Source: Trichloromonas sp. (lineage in GTDB: Bacteria; Desulfobacterota; Desulfuromonadia; Desulfuromonadales; Trichloromonadaceae). Taken from it: a DNA stretch of 42,832 nt. The notes below the pieces were generated by a model. It was not told where the DNA came from, did not search any database, and saw only the letters and a program-made list of their open reading frames with translations. The position numbers were made by a program, and so were the translations under genes. The stretch covers positions 1 to 42,832 of the forward strand of contig JBFHFM010000001.1 of NCBI GenBank assembly GCA_041583595.1, in the 5' to 3' direction. Below, in pieces: positions 35,270 through 42,832 of this stretch (the first letter of the stretch is position 1; the number at the start of each line of letters is the position of its first letter).

Positions 35270-35969
35270 ATTTAATCAGCAACTGCAGGGCAGGCACATC
35301 AACGATGACACCGGGCCCCATAGTACTGGAAATAGTGACCTTCTTGAGGTATGACCCCTTGGAGGTCGAAGGTTTTGCTTTGATCAGCGCATCAACCAAA
35401 GAAACAATATTTTCTTTCAGCTTCTGCTGTTCAAAGGAGACCTTACCCACGGGGGCGTGGACAATACCGGCCTTTTCGACGCGATATTCAATTTTACCCG
35501 ATTTGGCTTCAGTTACCGCACGACCGAGGTCAAAGGTCACAGTGCCAACCTTCGGGTTCGGCATCAGGCCGCGGGGACCGAGAAGTCGACCGATCTTACC
35601 AACGGTACCCATCATGTCCGGGGTAGCGATGGCGGTATCGAAGTCGAACCAACCACCCTGGATCTTGGCCACCAGGTCGTCAGCTCCAACAAAATCGGCA
35701 CCGGCTGCAGTTGCTTCCTGGGCTTTTTCACCTTTGGCGAAGACCAGAACGCGAACCGTTTTGCCGAGACCATTGGGGAGCACGACAGCGCCGCGAACCA
35801 TCTGGTCAGCCTTACGAGGATCAACCCCGAGACGGACGGAGACGTCAACGGTCTCGTCGAATTTGGCATAGGCGCTATCCTTAACCAGAGCGATCGCTTC
35901 ATCGATTGGATAAGCAACGCTCCGATCCACCTTGGCCGAGGCCGTATTATGCTGTTTTCCTGTACGCAT
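35268..35969 (-). CDS. rplA: 50S ribosomal protein L1
   Basis: [35 protein letters not shown]. Confidence 0.99.
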   Translation of the reverse strand: MRTGKQHNTASAKVDRSVAYPIDEAIALVKDSAYAKFDETVDVSVRLGVDPRKADQMVRGAVVLPNGLGKTVRVLVFAKGEKAQEATAAGADFVGADDLVAKIQGGWFDFDTAIATPDMMGTVGKIGRLLGPRGLMPNPKVGTVTFDLGRAVTEAKSGKIEYRVEKAGIVHAPVGKVSFEQQKLKENIVSLVDALIKAKPSTSKGSYLKKVTISSTMGPGVIVDVPALQLLIK

Positions 35970-35997
35970 GTTCTTATACTCCAGACTCTGCCGTATT

Positions 35998-36420
35998 TTA
36001 GACGATTTCCAGCCCCATGCTGCGCGCGGTACCTTCGATGGTCTTTACTGCGGCGTCCACATCGAAAGCATTCAGGTCAGGCATCTTCAGCTTGGCGATC
36101 TCAACCACTTGATCCTTGGTCACATTACCCACTTTGGTCTTATTGGGCACACCGGAACCTTTGGGGATCTTCGCAGCCTTCATCAGCAACACAGCAGCAG
36201 GCGGGGTTTTGGTGATAAAGGTGAAAGAACGGTCAGCATAGACCGTGATAACAACGGGGGTAATCATCCCGTCGTCACCCTGGGTCTTGGCGTTGAACGA
36301 CTTGCAGAATTCCATGATATTCACCCCGTGCTGACCAAGCGCGGGACCGACTGGCGGCGAAGGATTGGCCTTGCCGGCGGGAATCTGCAGCTTTATTTGT
36401 CCAATAACCTTCTTGGCCAT
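35998..36420 (-). CDS. rplK: 50S ribosomal protein L11
   Basis: [30 protein letters not shown]. Confidence 0.99.
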   Translation of the reverse strand: MAKKVIGQIKLQIPAGKANPSPPVGPALGQHGVNIMEFCKSFNAKTQGDDGMITPVVITVYADRSFTFITKTPPAAVLLMKAAKIPKGSGVPNKTKVGNVTKDQVVEIAKLKMPDLNAFDVDAAVKTIEGTARSMGLEIV

Positions 36421-36456
36421 GAGCTACTCCTTAAATATATTGCGTTCTGACCAGGA

Positions 36457-36990
36457 CTAGCTGATCTTCTCGACTTGTATGAATTCAAGCTCAACAGGTG
36501 TAACCCGGCCAAAAATACTGACCATAACTTTGAGCTTGCCTTTATCCGGCTTAACGTCCTCTACCACCCCGGAAAAATTCAAAAACGGACCGTCAACTAC
36601 CCGCACGGTCTCGCCAACCTCAAACTCAACCTTCGGCTTTGGCCGCTCGGCACCCTCAGCCATCCGGGTGGTGATCTTTGCAACTTCCTCGTCAGGAATC
36701 GCTGGAGGAGAAGTGCCGCCTCCAACAAAACCCGTCACCTTGGCTGTATCTTTAACCACATGCCAGGTTTCGTTGTTTAATTCCATCTGGACCAGGATGT
36801 AACCAGGGAAAAACTTCCGCGAAGAGGTCTTACGTTCACCATTTTTCAGCTCGACGACCGTTTCGGAGGGAATCAGAACTTCCCCAAACTCCTCTTCGAC
36901 ACCAAGCATCCGAATTCGCTCTTCGAGATTGAGCTTTACCTTATTCTCAAAACCCGAATAGGTATGTACCCCATACCATCTCTTTGCCAT
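36457..36990 (-). CDS. nusG: Transcription termination/antitermination factor NusG
   Basis: [43 protein letters not shown]. Start at ATG 36990. Confidence 0.98.
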   Translation of the reverse strand: MAKRWYGVHTYSGFENKVKLNLEERIRMLGVEEEFGEVLIPSETVVELKNGERKTSSRKFFPGYILVQMELNNETWHVVKDTAKVTGFVGGGTSPPAIPDEEVAKITTRMAEGAERPKPKVEFEVGETVRVVDGPFLNFSGVVEDVKPDKGKLKVMVSIFGRVTPVELEFIQVEKIS

Positions 36991-37010
36991 AGAAGCTACC
37001 CTATCTCCCA

Positions 37011-37196
37011 TCAGCCCAGAAGGGCGCGGATTGCTGCGGAAAGACCGGAATCCACAACCCAAAGGAAGGTCGCCACAACCACGACGAGGGCGATGACGAC
37101 CAGCGTTGATGCATAGGTATCCTTCCTGGTTGGCCAGGTTACCTTCGCCAGCTCACCCTTAACGTTGGTGAGAAACTCTGTCGTTTTCCCGAGCAC
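37011..37196 (-). CDS. secE: Preprotein translocase SecE (single TM)
   Basis: ELAKVTWPTR plus one TM helix. GTG at 37196 preferred from RBS spacing; alternative start 37211. Confidence 0.93.
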   Translation of the reverse strand: MLGKTTEFLTNVKGELAKVTWPTRKDTYASTLVVIALVVVVATFLWVVDSGLSAAIRALLG

Positions 37197-37232
37197 TATT
37201 TCAACCCCCACGGAGGATTATCTATTTATTTA

Positions 37233-37309
37233 TGGCAGGCCAGGAGGGACTCGAACCCCCAACACCCGGTTTTGGAGACCGGTGCTCTAGCCATTAGAGC
37301 TACTGGCCT
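37233..37309 (-). tRNA. tRNA-Trp(CCA)
   Basis: AGGCCAGTAGCTC...CCGGTCTCCAAAACCGG...GGTTCGAGTCC...TGGCCTGCCA. Confidence 0.97.
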
Positions 37310-37345
37310 GCAAGCGAATCAAAACAACGCCGCCCTAAAGCGCCC

Positions 37346-37495
37346 CTACTTGGTTTCTTTGTGAGGGGTATGCTTGCGACAAAAGCGGCAATACTTGCTG
37401 AATTCCAGCTTGTCAGGTGTACTTTTCTTGTTTTTGGTCGTAGTGTAGTTGCGCTGCTTACACTCGGTGCATGCCAGTGTAACAATGTCCCGCAT
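37346..37495 (-). CDS. rpmG: 50S ribosomal protein L33, zinc form (not in ORF track)
   Basis: Manual translation: [49 protein letters not shown] (49 aa); GAGG RBS. Confidence 0.97.
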   Translation of the reverse strand: MRDIVTLACTECKQRNYTTTKNKKSTPDKLEFSKYCRFCRKHTPHKETK

Positions 37496-37509
37496 AGCTA
37501 TGTTCCTCA

Positions 37510-37537
37510 GCCACCTCCCCGTCTCCAGGGAGGTGGC
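37510..37537. repeat. Hairpin between tuf and rpmG
   Basis: GCCACCTCCC-N8-GGGAGGTGGC perfect 10-bp arms; no U-tract. Confidence 0.75.
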
Positions 37538-37548
37538 AGCTCAAGAAA

Positions 37549-38739
37549 TTACTCAATAATATCGCTAACAACGCCGGCGCCGACAGTACGGCCGCCCTCG
37601 CGAATAGCGAAACGCAGCTCCTTGTCCATGGCGATCGGGGTAATCAGCTGGACAGTCATGGCGATATTGTCACCAGGCATAACCATCTCGACACCTTCGG
37701 GCAGCTCAACAACACCGGTCACGTCCGTGGTCCGGAAGTAGAACTGGGGACGATAACCCTTAAAGAACGGGGTATGACGACCACCCTCTTCCTTGGTCAG
37801 GATATAGGCTTCAGCCTTGAACTTGGTGTGAGGAGTAATGCTACCGGGCTTGGCCAGAACCTGACCGCGCTCGATGTCCTCACGCTTGACGCCACGAAGC
37901 AGAATCCCGACGTTGTCGCCAGCCTGCCCCTGATCGAGCAGCTTGCGGAACATTTCAACGCCAGTAACAACGGTCTTGGTAGTGTCCTTCATACCAACAA
38001 TCGCGACTTCTTCCTGCACCTTGACGATACCGCGCTCGATACGACCGGTGGCGACAGTGCCGCGCCCGGAAATCGAAAAGACGTCTTCGACAGGCATCAG
38101 GAAGGGGCGATCAACAGCACGCTCAGGCTCAGGAATATAGCTGTCGACAGCCGCCATCAGCTCGAGAACCTTGTTCTTGCCGATTTCGTCGTCACGACCT
38201 TCGAGAGCAGCCAGAGCGCTGCCGGCAATGATAGGAATGTCGTCACCCGGAAAGTCGTAAGAGGAAAGCAGCTCGCGCAGCTCCAGCTCGACCAGTTCCA
38301 TCAACTCTTCGTCGTCAACCATGTCCGCCTTGTTCAGAAACACGACCATCGCGGGAACGCCAACCTGACGGGCGAGCAGGATATGCTCACGAGTCTGGGG
38401 CATCGGACCGTCAGCGGCCGAGCAGACCAGGATAGCGCCGTCCATCTGAGCCGCACCAGTGATCATGTTCTTGACATAGTCAGCATGGCCAGGGCAGTCA
38501 ACATGAGCATAGTGACGATTGGCGGTCTCGTACTCGACGTGAGCAGTAGCGATAGTAATACCGCGCTCGCGCTCTTCAGGAGCGTTATCAATCATATCAA
38601 AGGCTTTAAAAACAGCCCCACCCGACTCAGCCAGCACCTTGGTGATAGCAGCAGTCAGAGTAGTCTTGCCATGGTCAACGTGACCGATGGTCCCGATGTT
38701 GACATGAGGTTTGGTTCTTTCATATTTAGCTTTGGCCAT
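37549..38739 (-). CDS. tuf: Elongation factor Tu (tRNA-linked copy)
   Basis: Same EF-Tu motifs; follows the Thr-Tyr-Gly-Thr tRNAs, as for E. coli tufB. Confidence 0.99.
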   Translation of the reverse strand: MAKAKYERTKPHVNIGTIGHVDHGKTTLTAAITKVLAESGGAVFKAFDMIDNAPEERERGITIATAHVEYETANRHYAHVDCPGHADYVKNMITGAAQMDGAILVCSAADGPMPQTREHILLARQVGVPAMVVFLNKADMVDDEELMELVELELRELLSSYDFPGDDIPIIAGSALAALEGRDDEIGKNKVLELMAAVDSYIPEPERAVDRPFLMPVEDVFSISGRGTVATGRIERGIVKVQEEVAIVGMKDTTKTVVTGVEMFRKLLDQGQAGDNVGILLRGVKREDIERGQVLAKPGSITPHTKFKAEAYILTKEEGGRHTPFFKGYRPQFYFRTTDVTGVVELPEGVEMVMPGDNIAMTVQLITPIAMDKELRFAIREGGRTVGAGVVSDIIE

Positions 38740-38856
38740 TGTGTCAACCTCCCTTTTTTCTTGAAATCTTTAGCGTCTAAGATGCGGCCGCCAGAGTGTC
38801 ACACCGGGGCCAATTTGACTTCGCATAAACAGAAACAGCACCCAAAAAACAGCAAA

Positions 38857-38931
<75 letters not shown>

Positions 38932-38972
38932 GCAACCAAAATACTATCGACAGAGAGCCGGTGGTTTTTTAA

Positions 38973-39049
38973 TGGAGCGGGAAACGGGACTCGAACCCGC
39001 GACCCTCAGCTTGGAAGGCTGACGCTCTAGCCAACTGAGCTATTCCCGC
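38973..39049 (-). tRNA. tRNA-Gly(TCC)
   Basis: GCGGGAATAGCTCAG...TCAGCCTTCCAAGCTGA...GGTTCGAGTCC...CCCGCTCCA. Confidence 0.97.
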
Positions 39050-39166
39050 CAAAAACCCAACCTTCTATTTTCAGCTCTTTGGGCTCACCATCGGCGCCGG
39101 CTCCAGTACTTACGGCTAAGCCTCCTGGAAATCCGCCATCCGGGGTTTGCCCGGCAAGTTCCTAAT

Positions 39167-39251
39167 TGGTGGAGGGGGGAGGATTCGAACCTCCGAAGTC
39201 TACGACGTCAGATTTACAGTCTGATCCCTTTGGCCGCTCGGGAACCCCTCC
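39167..39251 (-). tRNA. tRNA-Tyr(GTA)
   Basis: GGAGGGGTTCCCGAGCGGCCAAAGGG...TCAGACTGTAAATCTGA, long variable arm, ...CCCCTCCACCA; 85 nt. Confidence 0.97.
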
Positions 39252-39300
39252 AGGGGAAACTTTCAGGTTGTACTCATCAAGGCTGTGCCCCGCAGTTCAA

Positions 39301-39376
39301 TGGAGCTGGCGACAGGAATCGAACCCGCGACCTGCTGATTACAAGTCAGCTGCTCTACCTACTGAGCTACACCAGC
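39301..39376 (-). tRNA. tRNA-Thr(TGT)
   Basis: GCTGGTGTAGCTCAG...GCTGACTTGTAATCAGC...GGTTCGATTCC...CCAGCTCCA. Confidence 0.97.
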
Positions 39377-39387
39377 ACAGGGGAGCG

Positions 39388-39416
39388 GTTTTACATCATC
39401 AGAAAGTAAAAAGCAA
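39388..39416 (-). promoter_or_regulatory. Putative proximal promoter for the tRNA-tuf operon
   Basis: TTGCTT-N17-TAAAAC followed by GC-rich CGCTCCCC, 11 nt before tRNA-Thr. Confidence 0.5.
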
Positions 39417-39458
39417 GCTCTTTTTTCACTGTCCTTTAGCCCTGACAAGGAAGCCGAA

Positions 39459-39510
39459 CTTATATTCGATCAGACAGAAGTTGTCAACCTTTTATTTATC
39501 GTTTTTTCTG
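39459..39510 (-). promoter_or_regulatory. Putative distal promoter for the tRNA-tuf operon
   Basis: TTGACA (39487-39482)-N17-TATAAG with an A-rich upstream element AAAAAACGATAAATAAAA. Confidence 0.65.
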
Positions 39511-39555
39511 GAACATGCAATAAAATTTTCACAAACACCCCCCTTTGCCCTCGGA

Positions 39556-40311
39556 TTACGAAGAGGGCTTCCCGACGGTACGCTGGCGCACCACCTCAAA
39601 CATGGCAACGGCTGCGGCCACCGAAGCGTTGAGAGAGGAGACCTCCCCCCGCATCGGGATTCCCAGCAAAACATCGCAATGCTTGCGAACATTCGGCCGC
39701 AGACCACTCCCCTCGCTCCCCACAACCAGGACCAGGTTGCCAGAAAGGTCCGTCTGAAACAGGGGCGTAGCATCCCCTTCGCCAGCCAACCCAAAAACCC
39801 AGCACCCCTCTTCCTTGAGCTGTTCGAGAGTGCGAGAGATATTGGTCACCTGACAGAGAGGGAGATGAGCCAGGGCACCGGCCGCAGCCCGATCAACGAC
39901 CGGGGTAATCGGGCAAGCCCTATCCTTCGCAGCAACCACGCCATGACATCCGGCAGCCTCGGCACTACGCAACACTGCGCCGACGTTATGCGGATCAGTC
40001 AACCCATCGAGCACGAGAAAAAAACCGTTGTCTCCCGAATCCCGCCAACGCTGCAGCAACTCTTCGAATTCGGCGTAGGCAAAGGGCTCAACCCGCAACA
40101 CCAATCCTTGATGGTGACCGTTCCCCGCCAGCTTATCGAGATCCTTGCGCTCACGATACCGCACCGGAACTTCCCAGCGGGCGGCTTCCTGCAGCACCTC
40201 ATCGATGCGTGCCGAGCGGCCATCCCGGGCAACAAAGAGTTCCAGTGGCTTGCGCTGACTTCCGGCCAGGGCCTCCCGAACCGGATTCACCCCGTAAATA
40301 AAATCGCTCAT
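39556..40311 (-). CDS. rlmB: 23S rRNA (Gm2251) methyltransferase, SpoU/TrmH family
   Basis: IYGVNPVREAL, HHQGLV, LDGLTDPHNVGAVLRSA, GSEGSG, IPMRG.VSSLNASVA. Confidence 0.92.
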   Translation of the reverse strand: MSDFIYGVNPVREALAGSQRKPLELFVARDGRSARIDEVLQEAARWEVPVRYRERKDLDKLAGNGHHQGLVLRVEPFAYAEFEELLQRWRDSGDNGFFLVLDGLTDPHNVGAVLRSAEAAGCHGVVAAKDRACPITPVVDRAAAGALAHLPLCQVTNISRTLEQLKEEGCWVFGLAGEGDATPLFQTDLSGNLVLVVGSEGSGLRPNVRKHCDVLLGIPMRGEVSSLNASVAAAVAMFEVVRQRTVGKPSS

Positions 40312-41045
40312 CGATTAACCTGCAGCGCTCCGCCAATTTCCGCAAGGATCTGGTCGGCCGCCGCCACCGGATCAGGGGCTGCCGAAATGGGCCGTCCGAT
40401 CACCAGATAGTCCGCTCCGGCGGTAATGGCATCCGCTGGCGTTGTGACCCGCTTCTGGTCATCAAGCGAGGCAAAAGACGGTCGCACCCCGGGAGTAACA
40501 ATAACAAAATCCTGCCCACAGGCCTCGCGAATCAATGCGACCTCTTTGGGAGAAGCGACGACCCCGTCCATCCCCGCCTCTTTCGCCAACAGGGCCAAGC
40601 GTGGAACCATTTCGCTAACCGGCCGATCGATGCCGACCGCCCGCAGTGTTTCCTCGGTAGAGGAGGTCAAAATGGTGACCGCCAGCAACAGTGGGCGGCC
40701 GTCGCTACCGCGAGGGACCAAGGCATCAACCTTGGCCACCGTCTCGCGCATCATCTCGAAACCACCGAGAGCGTGGACGTTGAACATCTTAACCCCAAGA
40801 CGACAAGCCTCGAGTCCCGCCATGGCCACAGTATTGGGAATATCATGATATTTGAGATCGAGAAACACCTCGCCCCCCTCGCCACGAATCATCCGGACCA
40901 CATCCGGGCCGCAGCGGGTAAAGAGCTGTTTGCCGACCTTGAACACCCCGACTTTTTCGTGCAGCAGTTTGACCCATTTTTCAGCATCCTCGAAACAATC
41001 GACGTCGAGGGCAAAGATCAGCCGGCTTTTTGCCGCGTTTTTCAT
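40308..41045 (-). CDS. pyrF: Orotidine-5'-phosphate decarboxylase
   Basis: LIFALD, FLDLKYHDIPNT, AVTILTS, TPGVRP, DDQKR, VIGRPI. Confidence 0.98.
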   Translation of the reverse strand: MKNAAKSRLIFALDVDCFEDAEKWVKLLHEKVGVFKVGKQLFTRCGPDVVRMIRGEGGEVFLDLKYHDIPNTVAMAGLEACRLGVKMFNVHALGGFEMMRETVAKVDALVPRGSDGRPLLLAVTILTSSTEETLRAVGIDRPVSEMVPRLALLAKEAGMDGVVASPKEVALIREACGQDFVIVTPGVRPSFASLDDQKRVTTPADAITAGADYLVIGRPISAAPDPVAAADQILAEIGGALQVNR

Positions 41046-42271
41046 TCTTTTCTCCCAATAAGTGACTTCACCCGCCGGGTAACTTCCTGTACCCGTTGGA
41101 TCAGTTCGCCTGATTCAGCCGCCGCCAGTTCCCGACGGGCAATACCGCACTCCATGTAAATCAATTCGCTCAGCGCCTCGGCCAGCAATCTCTGCGTATC
41201 CCCCTCTTCGAGGCCTGCGAGGTTGGCCAGAATCCGGCCACCATCTATGCTGCCATCATCCCGCAGAGCCACGTCCCGAAAGACAAAAGAAAAGGGTTGA
41301 GGCAGGTCACGCAAGAAACACCGCACCTCTTGTCCAAATCCCGATTTTTTCGCCGACACCCGCCGGAACATAACAACGAGGGCACTGTTGAAGATGTTCA
41401 ACATGTCGCCAAGCGCTCCATCCATTGCCACCGTCGGGGCATCTTCCATGCGCACCAGCCCCTTTTCAACAAGGTGGTACAACAGTCGCAACCCATCGAA
41501 TTCGCCACTACCACTTCTGCGCAAGAGCTCCCGCACACTAAGGCGATCCTCGCCAATTAGCTTCATCATTCGCTCGGCAGCAGGCGGCATCCCCTGCACC
41601 GTCTTGCCGCTCGGCACCGGGATGTGATCTTCAGAGCCGATGCGCCGCATAAACAGCGCCCGTTCATCAACCCGCCGCAACCCCTCCATAATCAAATTCT
41701 GGGTGCTCATAGAGAGGCGCAGAACCTGTTCTTCAGCGAGAGACCTGGCGACAAAGGAATAGCTGCCGCGCTCGAAAGTGAAAAGATTGTAAATGATAGT
41801 TTCTACCTGGTGGCGGGTCGCATGCCAGAGATCTTTCGGCGTGACGACCCCCTTCTCGACCAGAAACTTGCCAATCCCCGTGGAAACGGATCCGGGTGAA
41901 CGCAAACGTTGCAGAATGTTCCGATCCAGCTTGCCGAGCGAGCAAAGAATCTCACCCAGATCTTCTTCAGGGAAATTACTGGTAGCAAAAACGATCTCCC
42001 CCTGCTGGAAGAAAAAATCCTTTCGGCCACCGGTCAAACTGAAGCTGAGCACGCCGGTTTTGCGAAACATGTTAAAAAAAGACAGCAGGTCGGTGATACC
42101 GATTTCTCCAAGCACTCCCGCCATGACCAATTCGGAGGCGTCGCTCCGGGCCGTCAGCAGAAGATGCTGGCTCGAATGGGAGCACAAATCGAGGGTTTGT
42201 TGACCGAGCTCCTTTACCACCGGATGGGGCAAACCCAGCCGGCCACCGCTGTCGATGATCATTTTAGCCAT
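41042..42271 (-). CDS. Uncharacterised multidomain protein with a DUF4388/PatA_N-like domain
   Basis: G.LGEI.ITDLL......KTG.L.......DFFFQQGEIVFATS pattern recognised by eye; LG..L...G repeats; wHTH-like segment. ATGA overlap with pyrF. The gene is well supported; the domain calls are inferred. Confidence 0.75.
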   Translation of the reverse strand: MAKMIIDSGGRLGLPHPVVKELGQQTLDLCSHSSQHLLLTARSDASELVMAGVLGEIGITDLLSFFNMFRKTGVLSFSLTGGRKDFFFQQGEIVFATSNFPEEDLGEILCSLGKLDRNILQRLRSPGSVSTGIGKFLVEKGVVTPKDLWHATRHQVETIIYNLFTFERGSYSFVARSLAEEQVLRLSMSTQNLIMEGLRRVDERALFMRRIGSEDHIPVPSGKTVQGMPPAAERMMKLIGEDRLSVRELLRRSGSGEFDGLRLLYHLVEKGLVRMEDAPTVAMDGALGDMLNIFNSALVVMFRRVSAKKSGFGQEVRCFLRDLPQPFSFVFRDVALRDDGSIDGGRILANLAGLEEGDTQRLLAEALSELIYMECGIARRELAAAESGELIQRVQEVTRRVKSLIGRKE

Positions 42272-42309
42272 AAAACCTGCCTGTCTCTCTTAGATCTCCA
42301 ACTGCGGAT

Positions 42310-42832
42310 TTAAACCGACAGCGCCTGCCGGACCCGATTGGACACCAATGCCCCCACCTCTGCCAGGGGAATCATTTCACGCTGCCCGCTGCGTCGCTCC
42401 TGCAACTCAAGGGCCCCGTCCTTAAGACCACGAGCACCAACCGTCACCCGCAGTGGGATGCCGAGCAGGTCAGCATCCTTGAACTTGCTGCCGGGACGTT
42501 CGTCACGGTCGTCGAGCAATACCTCGATGCCCAGCTCAAGCAACTCTTCGTAGAGCGATACAGCCGCCTGATTAACCGGTTCATCATTGGGATTCACCAT
42601 GGTAACGATGACCTGGAAGGGGGCCAGCGGCATGGGGAAGATAATCCCATTGGCATCATGATTCTGTTCAATGGCCGCTGCCACGGTGCGGCCGATACCA
42701 ATCCCGTAGCAGCCCATGAACAGCACCTGCTCCTGCCCCTGAGCGTCTAGAAAGCTGGCGTCGAGGGCCTTCGAATATTTGGTGCCGAGCTTGAACACGT
42801 GACCGACCTCGATCCCCCGCCAGACTTCCAGT
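42310..42832 (-). CDS. proS: Prolyl-tRNA synthetase, 3' part (truncated by window)
   Basis: RGIEVGHVFKLGTKYS, MGCYGIGIGR, LDDRDERPGSKFKDADLLGIP; the frame stays open to the window edge. Confidence 0.97.
   Translation of the reverse strand, partial: LEVWRGIEVGHVFKLGTKYSKALDASFLDAQGQEQVLFMGCYGIGIGRTVAAAIEQNHDANGIIFPMPLAPFQVIVTMVNPNDEPVNQAAVSLYEELLELGIEVLLDDRDERPGSKFKDADLLGIPLRVTVGARGLKDGALELQERRSGQREMIPLAEVGALVSNRVRQALSV

Noticed and set aside
35970-36456. L1-binding autoregulatory site before rplK or rplA
   Set aside because: I could not recognise the motif in either short spacer, so it is not claimed without a covariance-model search.
37300-37485. 61-aa minus-strand ORF from the track
   Set aside because: It is an out-of-frame overlap of rpmG (37346-37495) that runs into tRNA-Trp.
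39050-39166. GGGCAAACC in the tRNA-Tyr/Gly spacer, resembling the start of a c-di-GMP-I (GEMM) riboswitch
   Set aside because: It lacks the GNRA-capped P2 and the downstream GCAAAG element, forms only a small CCGGG/CCCGG hairpin, and has no adjacent CDS to regulate.

Overview
A core housekeeping region, with every real gene on the minus strand. Gene order and protein style suggest a deltaproteobacterial (Desulfuromonadales-like) genome; this is an inference. In transcription order (right to left): 3' end of proS; a multidomain DUF4388/PatA_N-like protein; pyrF; rlmB; tRNA-Thr/Tyr/Gly/Thr; tuf; rpmG; tRNA-Trp; secE-nusG-rplKA; L10 leader; rplJL; rpoBC; str operon (rpsL-rpsG-fusA-tuf); S10-spc cluster through secY-adk-map; rpmJ-rpsMKD-rpoA-rplQ; terminator; trpEGDC-trpF; RhlB-like DEAD-box helicase; possibly the start of a secreted protein at the left edge. 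I added three small ribosomal protein genes missing from the ORF track (rpmJ, rpmD, rpmG). I see no mobile element, CRISPR array or defence island, and no convincing new multi-gene system. Most notable: (1) six clustered substitutions in the near-invariant switch-2 segment of RpoC, whose A>C/T>G pattern points to base-calling error; (2) the uncharacterised DUF4388 protein translationally coupled to pyrF-rlmB; (3) several intergenic RNA structures and promoters; (4) two tuf copies with many synonymous differences.
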